Shown here: positions 56,792-64,000 of the stretch, in pieces | How the letters are laid out: every line of letters begins with the position of its first letter | Position numbering within the stretch: the first letter of the stretch is position 1 | Notes under the pieces: generated by a model | The model's input: only the letters and a program-made list of their open reading frames with translations | The model's database searches: none | What the model was told of the DNA's origin: nothing | Source of the DNA: Planctomycetota bacterium | GTDB lineage: Bacteria > Planctomycetota > UBA11346 | Reading direction: 5' to 3' | NCBI GenBank assembly: GCA_013696105.1 | Contig: JACCZE010000336.1 | Location: 7,865 to 71,864, forward strand | DNA: 64,000 nucleotides | Program-made: the position numbers and the translations under genes

Positions 56792-58192
56792 ATGTTCCGG
56801 ATTCATCGTGCAGTCTGCAGTCTCGCCATCCTGTGCATGCTTGCCGGATGCGGCGGCGGTGGCGGGGGAAGCACTCAGCCGGTTGGCCAATCCACCACTC
56901 CCGTGACGATCGTAGTTCCCACACGTGCGGATCTGGTCCTGGCTGAGCCCATGCAGATGTCCACGAACTCCGGAGTCACCATCCAGCTCATGGTCCGGAA
57001 CGTCGGCGGCGTCGATGCTGCCGATGTGGGTTTGAAAGCGACCCGAGCCGATGGCACGGTGGTGCATCAGGAGACCATAGCAAGCATGCCGGCAGGATCC
57101 GAGCGGATGGTGATGTTCTCGGACGGCGCGCAGGGGGTCAATCAGACCTTCACCATCGTCGTCGATCCAGACAACCGCATCGTCGAGGCTTTCGAGGACA
57201 ACAACACGATCACCGTGACCTCGACATTCATCGATACGCCTTCGACGCTGAATGGCGATCTGGCTCTCAACGGCGTCCATACCCATGGGGCGGTCTACTT
57301 CGCCGATCCGTCGTTCCATCTCTACATCGAGAACAACACCGACCAGAGTCTCAGCGGCATCACCGTCACCGTCCGTGACGAGGCCTCCGGCCAGGATCTC
57401 TACGGGATGCCGTACACCGAATCCACGGTGATCGCTGCGCATACCGTCGGACCTCGCAGCGGGAACCAGGGAGCGGAGGAGCAGGGGATCTTCCGCGCGC
57501 CGTTCTCCGATCCCGCTTACGCCTCCCAGCCCAAGCCGACCCCTGGCCGCCACGTCTACCACGTCATCCTCGACCCCAATGGGCGCTTCGCGGAGACCAA
57601 TGAGGCCAACAACGACTGGCGCCTCGTCGTCAACGTCCCAAGCGGCTATGGCTATTGGCCGCTATCCAACGGCACGGATACGATCGGAGACACCTACAAG
57701 ACCGATGTCATGTTCCAGGATCCGCACATCCATCCCGCGGATCGCCAGCGCTATGTGACCTTCCATGGTTGGCTCAAGAACAACCACCCGGGCAAGCAAC
57801 TCGTCGGACACGACCTGATCAACGGATCCGACCCGGACTACCCCGGTGTGGCCAAGCGCATCGTTCCCTTCGTGGTCAAGCGCGAGGGCGTGCCGATCAC
57901 CTTGATCGCGCCGGGTTTCGATGCCAACCGCCAGATCAATTACGGGGTCACCGCCGCCGGCAAAGCGTACTTCATCCTACCCGATGCCGGATTGGCGCCG
58001 CAGGCAAACCGCGAGTACCTGTTCATCACCCAGGAGCCGCAATCGACGGGCGAGATCAACTACACCATCGACCTCGATCCGGACAACGTCATCGATGAGC
58101 AGTACGAAGGCACGAACATGGGCCAGGGCCCGATCGACAACAACCACGCCGACTCGGTGGTGGTGATGGATCCGCTCGGCACGCCCGGCTGA
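56792..58192 (+). CDS. Lipoprotein with three CARDB-like Ig-fold repeats
   Basis: Lipobox MFRIHRAVCSLAILCMLAGC followed by a Gly-rich linker. The pattern ADLVL......N.GG..A....L......G......T......G......F..G......T..VDP.N.V.E..E.NN repeats. The ATG at 56792 has a GAGGGG RBS. The track ORF starts at 56780. Confidence 0.7.
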   Translation: MFRIHRAVCSLAILCMLAGCGGGGGGSTQPVGQSTTPVTIVVPTRADLVLAEPMQMSTNSGVTIQLMVRNVGGVDAADVGLKATRADGTVVHQETIASMPAGSERMVMFSDGAQGVNQTFTIVVDPDNRIVEAFEDNNTITVTSTFIDTPSTLNGDLALNGVHTHGAVYFADPSFHLYIENNTDQSLSGITVTVRDEASGQDLYGMPYTESTVIAAHTVGPRSGNQGAEEQGIFRAPFSDPAYASQPKPTPGRHVYHVILDPNGRFAETNEANNDWRLVVNVPSGYGYWPLSNGTDTIGDTYKTDVMFQDPHIHPADRQRYVTFHGWLKNNHPGKQLVGHDLINGSDPDYPGVAKRIVPFVVKREGVPITLIAPGFDANRQINYGVTAAGKAYFILPDAGLAPQANREYLFITQEPQSTGEINYTIDLDPDNVIDEQYEGTNMGQGPIDNNHADSVVVMDPLGTPG

Positions 58193-58358
58193 GACCGGCC
58201 TGGGCGGAGACGACTCCGCCGACTGATCCTCGTTGGCCCGCTCTCGCAGCGGAGCGTCGTTCCAGCCGTTCCACGAACGTTGTTGAGAACTCGTCGAGTC
58301 CCACGCCTTGCGCCTCAGGTCGTCGGTCTACACTGCCAGGCCCGAACGAGCTTGCCGA

Positions 58359-58838
58359 GTGCGCTGCCCCTATTGCAACCAAGATGATGACCGCGTGCTG
58401 GACTCCCGGGCGACCGACGATGGCACCGCGATCCGCCGCCGGCGGGTGTGCAACCCCTGTGGCAAGCGCTACACCACCTACGAGCGCGTCGAGGGCGAAG
58501 AATCGTTGCGCGTGGTCAAGAAGGACGGCCGCATCCAGAGCTTCGACCGCCGTAAGGTGCTTGCCGGAATGATCACCGCGTGCGAGAAGCGCCCGGTATC
58601 CTCCGAGGATCTCGAGGCGTCTGCGAACCGCGTCTATCACCAGCTGCTGAGCCTGGGCGAGCGCGAAGTGGGATCGGCGGTCATCGGCCAGCACGTGATG
58701 GACGAGCTGCACAAGCTGGACCAGGTCGCCTATGTGCGCTTCGCGTCGGTGTACCGCCAGTTCAAGGATCTCGACGAGTTCATGAGCGAACTGCGCCGCG
58801 TCATTGGCGGCGGTGGCCCGCAGCAGAAGCCCGAATGA
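58359..58838 (+). CDS. nrdR: Transcriptional repressor NrdR
   Basis: A Zn-ribbon VRCPYCNQDDDRVLDSR....RRRRVCNPCGKRYTTYE followed by an ATP-cone (VVKKDGRIQSFDRRKV). A GTG start at 58359 gives the canonical M-R-C-P-(F/Y)-C N-terminus. The track ORF starts at 58308. Confidence 0.9.
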   Translation: MRCPYCNQDDDRVLDSRATDDGTAIRRRRVCNPCGKRYTTYERVEGEESLRVVKKDGRIQSFDRRKVLAGMITACEKRPVSSEDLEASANRVYHQLLSLGEREVGSAVIGQHVMDELHKLDQVAYVRFASVYRQFKDLDEFMSELRRVIGGGGPQQKPE

Positions 58839-59013
58839 TGCAATGCGTCCATCCTCGGCGAGGATCCGCACCGAAGCGTGACGCGGCCACCGGGAGGGGA
58901 GCGGGAAAATACTGGCGGCGCATGCGCTGCGATCTAAGAGGGGATCCGCGCGAGCCCGCGGCCTCGACCGGGCGCGCCGCTGCGATCGGGTGTACGCTTC
59001 CGGGATCGACCAC

Positions 59014-60435
59014 ATGAGGCCAGCAGCGATCATCAAGCGTGACGGCCGAGAGGTCCCGTTCGACCTTTCGCGGATCGGCGCGGCCATCTCGAAAGCGCTG
59101 CACGCCGTTTCGATCGATGACCGTGCGCTGGCGATCGAACTCGCACGCGTGGTGCTCGAGCACCTGGAGCGCACCAGCGACCAGGCGAGCCTGGGCATCG
59201 AAGAGGTCCAGGACGCCGTCGTCCACGTGCTGCAGGAGAGCGGGTACTACGAGGCCGCCAAATCCTACATCCGCTACCGAGATGACCGTGAGCGTTTCCG
59301 CCGCGAGCGCCGCGTACGCGGCGATGGCGCGGCGGCGGTCAACCTGGCGGTCATCGACAGCGATGGCCGCCGCCGGCAGTGGGATCGGGTCTGGATGAGC
59401 GATCTGCTGGCGACGCGCTATGGGCTCGACCGCAAGGCGGCGACCGATGCCCTGGTCCAGGTCGAAGGGTTCATCGCCGACAGCGCGGTCACTGAGATCG
59501 GCACCCCGCTGGTCATGAGCCTGGTGGATGCTGCCCTGGTGCGCTGTGGCATGCATTCGGTGGCAGCGGAGTGCGCCCCGCTGCGCATCGACCGCGGAGA
59601 AGCGCGCAAGGCGCTCTCTGGTGCAGCTGATGGCCTCCAGGCGGTGGTGCGCGCGGGCAATCGCACCCTCGAGCAGCTGTCCCTGGCTGAATCGTACCCC
59701 CAGCAGGTCATGCGCCTGTACTGCCGCGGCCGGTTGTGGATCGATGGGCTCGACGATCCGCGCCGCGGCAGCCAGTTCACCGCGACCATCGATGGCAGTT
59801 CGAATCCCTGGCAGGTGCTGACCAACGCCTACAGCATCGCCGCCGATGCCGCCAAACGCTGGCGCCGGCTGCACCTGGTCCTGCCGCCGACCATCCTCGG
59901 GCACCTCGAACGCGGCGCCGCGTCGCTGGTGCAGCCGATCGTCTCGCTGGCCAACCTCGCGCACGTCTACCTGTATTGCGACGGGCGCACGCCCCTGCTC
60001 AGCAGCTGGCCCTTCATCGGACACCGCGTCTCCATCGCCACCTACAACGACGATTTCCTGCTCCTGCGCCAATTGCAGGAGATGAACCTGCACATGCTCT
60101 CGGGTTCGCATCTGATGCGCGGCGGATACCGCGCGCGCGTCGCCGTCGAACTGGCGCTCAACGCGCAGGGCCTGGAAGGGGAATTTTCGCAGATGGATTC
60201 GCTGGCGATGGGACTGGTGTCCGCTGCCAAGGTCCGACTCCAGCAACTGGGCACGACCGAGGGTGCCGAAGCCGATATCCGATTCGCGATCTTCGGACTC
60301 GTGCTGCACTCGACCTCGAACGAGTACCTCGAGCGGCAGGTCATCCAGGAAGCGCTGCGCAACGGCCTCAACGTCACGCGCAGCGCGCATCTGCCCGAAG
60401 ATGCGTGCGCACATTTGGGCAGGCTGCTCGAATAG
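59014..60435 (+). CDS. ATP-cone domain protein resembling the N-terminal part of anaerobic ribonucleotide reductase NrdD, truncated at 474 aa with no glycyl-radical domain
   Basis: The N-terminus MRPAAIIKRDGREVPFDLSRIGAAISKA...YIRYRDDRERF parallels the E. coli NrdD HVMKRDGCKVPFKSERI...YIEYRHDRD. An internal CRGRLWIDGLDD resembles the NrdD RGDIHYHDLD motif. There is no C-terminal RVCGY glycyl-radical motif and no Zn-ribbon. Confidence 0.6.
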   Translation: MRPAAIIKRDGREVPFDLSRIGAAISKALHAVSIDDRALAIELARVVLEHLERTSDQASLGIEEVQDAVVHVLQESGYYEAAKSYIRYRDDRERFRRERRVRGDGAAAVNLAVIDSDGRRRQWDRVWMSDLLATRYGLDRKAATDALVQVEGFIADSAVTEIGTPLVMSLVDAALVRCGMHSVAAECAPLRIDRGEARKALSGAADGLQAVVRAGNRTLEQLSLAESYPQQVMRLYCRGRLWIDGLDDPRRGSQFTATIDGSSNPWQVLTNAYSIAADAAKRWRRLHLVLPPTILGHLERGAASLVQPIVSLANLAHVYLYCDGRTPLLSSWPFIGHRVSIATYNDDFLLLRQLQEMNLHMLSGSHLMRGGYRARVAVELALNAQGLEGEFSQMDSLAMGLVSAAKVRLQQLGTTEGAEADIRFAIFGLVLHSTSNEYLERQVIQEALRNGLNVTRSAHLPEDACAHLGRLLE

Positions 60436-60675
60436 CCGACTCGGCCACCGAGGCCGACATCCGCATTCGCATCGGCGCGGCATCGAGCGATCGCAAAAGC
60501 ATTCGTTCCGCACGACGTGCTGTCCTCTGCGCGGCGATCCACGCCTGCACGACGGACTCGACCTCGACCGTGGCGATCCGGACGTCGAAAAGTTTTTCTT
60601 GAAACATCCGTGATGATTTCAGGCTGCGCCCCCACGCGGACGTTTCAGATAGATCGACCGCGCCGAAAGGACCCC

Positions 60676-61161
60676 ATGGCACATGATGCATCGGTAGCTC
60701 CGAAGGAGCGCGTCAACATCGTCTATCAGGCATCGACCGGCGATGCGCAGCAGGAGAAGGAGCTGCCTCTGAAGCTGCTGATGTTGGGGGATTACACCCA
60801 ACGCGCCGATGACCAGCCGCTCGAGGAACGCAAGGCTGTCGGCGTGACGAAGGACAACTTCGACGATGTCCTCGCCAGCCAATCGATCCGGGTCGCCCTG
60901 CAGGTGCCCAACCGGCTTGCCGAGGACGCGGGTGAGCTCGCGGTGCATCTGTCGATCGCATCGATGAAGGACTTCGAACCCGAGGCGCTCGCACGCCAGG
61001 TTCCGGAACTCGCCAAGCTGCTGGCGCTGCGCGAAGCACTCTCGGCATTGAAGGGTCCGCTGGGCAACGTCCCGGCTTTCCGCAAGAAGATCCAGGATCT
61101 GATCGCGGATACGTCCACGCGTTCCGCCCTGCTGAAGGAAGTCGGCGCCGCCGACGTCTGA
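60676..61161 (+). CDS. tssB: Type VI secretion system contractile sheath small subunit TssB (VipA)
   Basis: KERVNIVYQASTGDAQQEKELPLKLLMLGDY...NFDDVL...SMKDFEPEALARQVPEL matches the TssB pattern. A GAAAGGA RBS precedes the ATG at 60676. The first 53 codons of the track ORF were rejected. Confidence 0.85.
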   Translation: MAHDASVAPKERVNIVYQASTGDAQQEKELPLKLLMLGDYTQRADDQPLEERKAVGVTKDNFDDVLASQSIRVALQVPNRLAEDAGELAVHLSIASMKDFEPEALARQVPELAKLLALREALSALKGPLGNVPAFRKKIQDLIADTSTRSALLKEVGAADV

Positions 61162-61216
61162 TCGCTCCCGCCCTCCCACGCGACCCATTCACGCGACTCG
61201 TCCGAAGGAACGCCCC

Positions 61217-62716
61217 ATGGCCAATCCAGCAGCCCAATCAGCAGCAAAAGCCGCAGCGGCTCCGTCACCTGCACCCAGCGAGTCCTCGCTGCTCGATCAG
61301 ATCATGGCCCAGACCAGGCTCGCGCCGCAGGACGACGGATATGCGATCGCACGACGCGGCGTCGGCGCTTTCATCGCCGAGCTCCTCGCGGGCAGCGAGG
61401 GGGCGAAGGTCGACAAGCAGGCGGTCGATGTGATGATCGCCGAAATCGACCGCAAGGTCGGTCGACAGCTCGACGAGATCCTCCACGACGAACGTTTCCA
61501 GGCGCTCGAAGCCGCCTGGCGCGGATTGAAACTGGTGGTCGATCGCACGGACTTCCGCGAGAACATCAGCATCCGCCTGCTCGATGTCTCCAAGGATGCG
61601 CTGCGCGCCGACTTCGAAGACGCTCCCGAAGTCGTGCAGTCCGGCCTGTACAAGATCGTCTACGCGGGCGAATACGGCCAGTTCGGCGGCGAACCGTACG
61701 GCGCCCTGATCGCCAACTACGACTTCGCGCCAACGGCCCCCGACATCGCGCTGCTGCAGAAGGCGGCGAGCGTGGCGACCATGGCGCATGCGCCGTTCAT
61801 CGCCGCTGCCGCTCCGCGCTTCTTCGGATTGGAGGATTTCGAACGTCTGCCGAACCTCAACGACCTGAAATCGATCATGGAAGGCCCGCAGTACGCCAAA
61901 TGGCGCTCGTTCCGCGAGACCGAGGATGCGCGCTCCGTCGGTCTGACCCTGCCGCGCTTCCTGCTGCGCCTGCCGTACGGCCAGGACACCATCCCGGTCA
62001 AGTCGTTCGCCTATCAGGAGGATGTCGGCGGCCGCCACGGCAATTACCTGTGGGGCAACGCCGCCTTCGCCTTCGCGACGCGGCTCACCGAGAGCTTCGC
62101 CAAGTACCGGTGGTGCCCGAACGTCATCGGCCCGCAGAGCGGTGGATCGGTGGACAATCTCCCGCTGCACCACTTCGAGTCGATGGGCGACCTCGAGACC
62201 AAGATCCCGACCGAGGTCCTGATCTCGGAGCGCCGCGAATTCGAGCTCGCCGAAGAGGGCTTCATCGCCTTGGCCATGCGCAAGGGATCCGACAACGCCT
62301 GCTTCTTCTCCGCCAACTCGTGTCAGAAACCGAAGACCTTCGGCGGCAGCGCAGAAGGCAAGCAGGCCGAGACCAATTACCGCCTGGGCACCCAGCTGCC
62401 GTACCTCTTCATCGTCAATCGGCTGGCGCACTACATAAAGGTGCTGCAGCGCGAGCAGATCGGATCGTGGAAGGAGAGCACGGATCTCGAACGCGAGCTC
62501 AACGCGTGGATCGGGCAATACGTCGCCGACATGGAGAATCCCCAGGCCTCGGTACGCAATGCCCGACCGCTGCGCAGCGCGCAGATCACCGTCGAGGACA
62601 TCCCCGGGGATGCTGGCTGGTACCGGGTGTCGCTGAAGGTGCGCCCGCACTTCAAGTACATGGGCGCCGCATTCACGCTGTCGCTCATCGGGAAGCTCGA
62701 CAAGGACGGCAAGTGA
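61217..62716 (+). CDS. tssC: Type VI secretion system contractile sheath large subunit TssC (VipB)
   Basis: Length of 499 aa and conserved blocks (LLDQIMAQTR, GEPYGALIANYDF, PRFLLRLPYG, PNVIGPQSGG) match TssC. Confidence 0.9.
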   Translation: MANPAAQSAAKAAAAPSPAPSESSLLDQIMAQTRLAPQDDGYAIARRGVGAFIAELLAGSEGAKVDKQAVDVMIAEIDRKVGRQLDEILHDERFQALEAAWRGLKLVVDRTDFRENISIRLLDVSKDALRADFEDAPEVVQSGLYKIVYAGEYGQFGGEPYGALIANYDFAPTAPDIALLQKAASVATMAHAPFIAAAAPRFFGLEDFERLPNLNDLKSIMEGPQYAKWRSFRETEDARSVGLTLPRFLLRLPYGQDTIPVKSFAYQEDVGGRHGNYLWGNAAFAFATRLTESFAKYRWCPNVIGPQSGGSVDNLPLHHFESMGDLETKIPTEVLISERREFELAEEGFIALAMRKGSDNACFFSANSCQKPKTFGGSAEGKQAETNYRLGTQLPYLFIVNRLAHYIKVLQREQIGSWKESTDLERELNAWIGQYVADMENPQASVRNARPLRSAQITVEDIPGDAGWYRVSLKVRPHFKYMGAAFTLSLIGKLDKDGK

Positions 62717-62735
62717 ATCCGATCCCGGTGGCCCC

Positions 62736-63155
62736 GTGGCCGCTGGGATGATGCCGTCGTCATCCCTGCTCGCCCGCCTGGCCCAGCCTGCCGCCGCTGC
62801 GAGCGCACGGCGCGATCGTGGCGCGCTGCTGCGGTCGATCGTGGCCAATCTGCAGAACGTCCTGAATTCCCGGATCGGATCCGCGGCTGCGCAGATGGAC
62901 CTGGGCACGCCGTCGCCGCACGAGATCGCGGCGCATTTCCCGGCATCGATCGGTCACCTGCAGCTGGCGATACGCGCCTGCATCCAGCGCTATGAGCCGC
63001 GTCTGCGCTCGGTCGAAGTCGTCTTCGTCGAGACGTCGCGCGCGTCCCTGATGCTCCATTTTCAGATCTCCGCTCGGCTGGCCGGTGACCTGCACGAAGA
63101 ACTGCTGTTCCGCACGACCGTCGACGCCGCTGGCCGCGTATCGCTGCAGGCCTGA
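62736..63155 (+). CDS. tssE: Type VI secretion system baseplate subunit TssE (gp25-like)
   Basis: SLLARL....SI..NLQNVLNSRIGS...DLGTP......I..CIQRYEPRL..V.V matches the TssE/GPW_gp25 family. An alternative start at the Met at 62748 is possible. Confidence 0.8.
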   Translation: MAAGMMPSSSLLARLAQPAAAASARRDRGALLRSIVANLQNVLNSRIGSAAAQMDLGTPSPHEIAAHFPASIGHLQLAIRACIQRYEPRLRSVEVVFVETSRASLMLHFQISARLAGDLHEELLFRTTVDAAGRVSLQA

Positions 63156-63157
63156 TC

Positions 63158-64000
63158 GTGTCGTCCCTACCGTCGTATTACCAGGACGAGCTCTCGCACC
63201 TGCGCGAACTGGGCCGCGAATTCGCACGCCTCCATCCCGGTTCCGCCTCCCACCTGAGCGAGGACGGGTCAGACCCCGATGTCGAGCGCCTGCTCGAGGG
63301 ATTCGCGTTCCTGACCTCCCGGGTGCGCCAGAAGCTCGCTGACGATCTGCCGGAGATCTCGCACGCGTTGCTTGATCGTCTGTGGCCGGGATTCCTGCGC
63401 CCGATCCCGTCGATGACCATGATGCAGTTCACTCCCGCATCCCAGGCGCGAGAAGCGGTGCTGGTGCCGCGCGGAGCATTAGTCGAATCCGTGCCGCTGG
63501 ACGGAACGCGCTGTGGCTTCCGGACGGCCTACGACACCGAGGTCACGCCGCTGCGGCTGACCGCGGTGGAGCTGGTTCCAGATGATGGCGGCGTGCGCAT
63601 GGGCTTCCAACTGCCCGAAGGGGCCAGCGTCCGTGACCTGGGGATCTCGCGCCTGCGGCTGCACCTGAGCGGAAGTCCCGCTTCTGCCCGCTGGCTGCGC
63701 TGGGCACTGCTGTCGGCGTGCCGCGGGGTGCGTGTGGTCGTCAGCGATACGCAGCGGACGTATGAACTCGGCATCGAAGCGATCCAGCCGGTGGGATTCG
63801 CGCGTGAGCACGCCCTCCTGCCTGACGAACCGCGATCCCTGCCGGCATTGCGCCTGTTGCAGGAGCACTTCGCTTTCCCGGAAAAGTTCCTGTTCGTCGA
63901 TATCGTTGGCCTGGATAGCATCGCTGGACTCGCCCAGGCGCCCTCCTTCGCACTGATCTTCCGACTCGATCGCATACCCGTGGGGGCGCCATCGCTTTCG
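63158..64000 (+). CDS. tssF: Type VI secretion system baseplate subunit TssF, N-terminal part; continues past the window end
   Basis: Translation from the GTG at 63158, 3 nt after the tssE stop, gives SSLPSYYQDELSHLRELGREFARLHPGSASHL...DPDVERLLEGFAFLTSRVRQKLADDLPEISHALLDRLWPGFLRPIPS, the canonical TssF N-terminus. The frame stays open to nt 64000. It is absent from the ORF track because it has no in-window stop. Confidence 0.8.
   Translation, partial: MSSLPSYYQDELSHLRELGREFARLHPGSASHLSEDGSDPDVERLLEGFAFLTSRVRQKLADDLPEISHALLDRLWPGFLRPIPSMTMMQFTPASQAREAVLVPRGALVESVPLDGTRCGFRTAYDTEVTPLRLTAVELVPDDGGVRMGFQLPEGASVRDLGISRLRLHLSGSPASARWLRWALLSACRGVRVVVSDTQRTYELGIEAIQPVGFAREHALLPDEPRSLPALRLLQEHFAFPEKFLFVDIVGLDSIAGLAQAPSFALIFRLDRIPVGAPSLS

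Noticed and set aside
56755-56946. 63-aa plus ORF upstream of and overlapping the lipoprotein start. My hand-indexing of the displayed text here is also 1 nt off from the track coordinates.
   Set aside because: The short ORF has no support and overlaps the lipoprotein signal peptide. The off-by-one was resolved in favour of the ORF-track coordinates, which agree with the displayed sequence at 57655 and 58308.
1-64000. CRISPR arrays, rRNA genes, integrases/transposases
   Set aside because: No regularly spaced direct repeats, rRNA-like conserved blocks, or recombinase motifs were seen in any frame.

Overview
This 64 kb window is from a high-GC (about 68%) diderm bacterium; the genes are called by hand from the six-frame track, using conserved motifs rather than database searches. 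Housekeeping genes are hemB, murD, nadB, corA, sthA, nrdR, a dnaB-like helicase and tRNA-Thr(CGU). A peptidoglycan-recycling locus holds murQ, anmK, a cytoplasmic GH20 hexosaminidase and a Na+/solute symporter. Envelope and ion proteins are TerC, a Ca2+/H+ exchanger, an S41 protease and a partial TonB-dependent receptor. An accessory-looking stretch next to tRNA-Thr carries an orphan ACP/KS/AMP-ligase trio, a mannitol-dehydrogenase::lyxose-isomerase fusion with a PfkB kinase, and an Erm-like methyltransferase. The window ends with the start of a type VI secretion cluster (tssB, tssC, tssE, tssF). The main candidate for something undescribed is a nine-gene, roughly 15 kb, co-directional operon at 43.3-58.2 kb. 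It pairs two FtsX/MacB-type ABC permease/ATPase sets with two paralogous large polytopic membrane proteins. One permease is a 1625-aa giant with a PA/M28-like ectodomain. The operon also holds a PqqD-like peptide-chaperone domain protein, a possibly degenerate HprK-like protein and a CARDB lipoprotein. Other points to check are a structured repeat family flanking a 2.7 kb module, a KS with a fused Cys-less CLF-like half, and a truncated NrdD-like ATP-cone protein downstream of nrdR. Coordinates follow the supplied ORF track. In this GC-rich DNA most long antisense ORFs are artefacts and were rejected.
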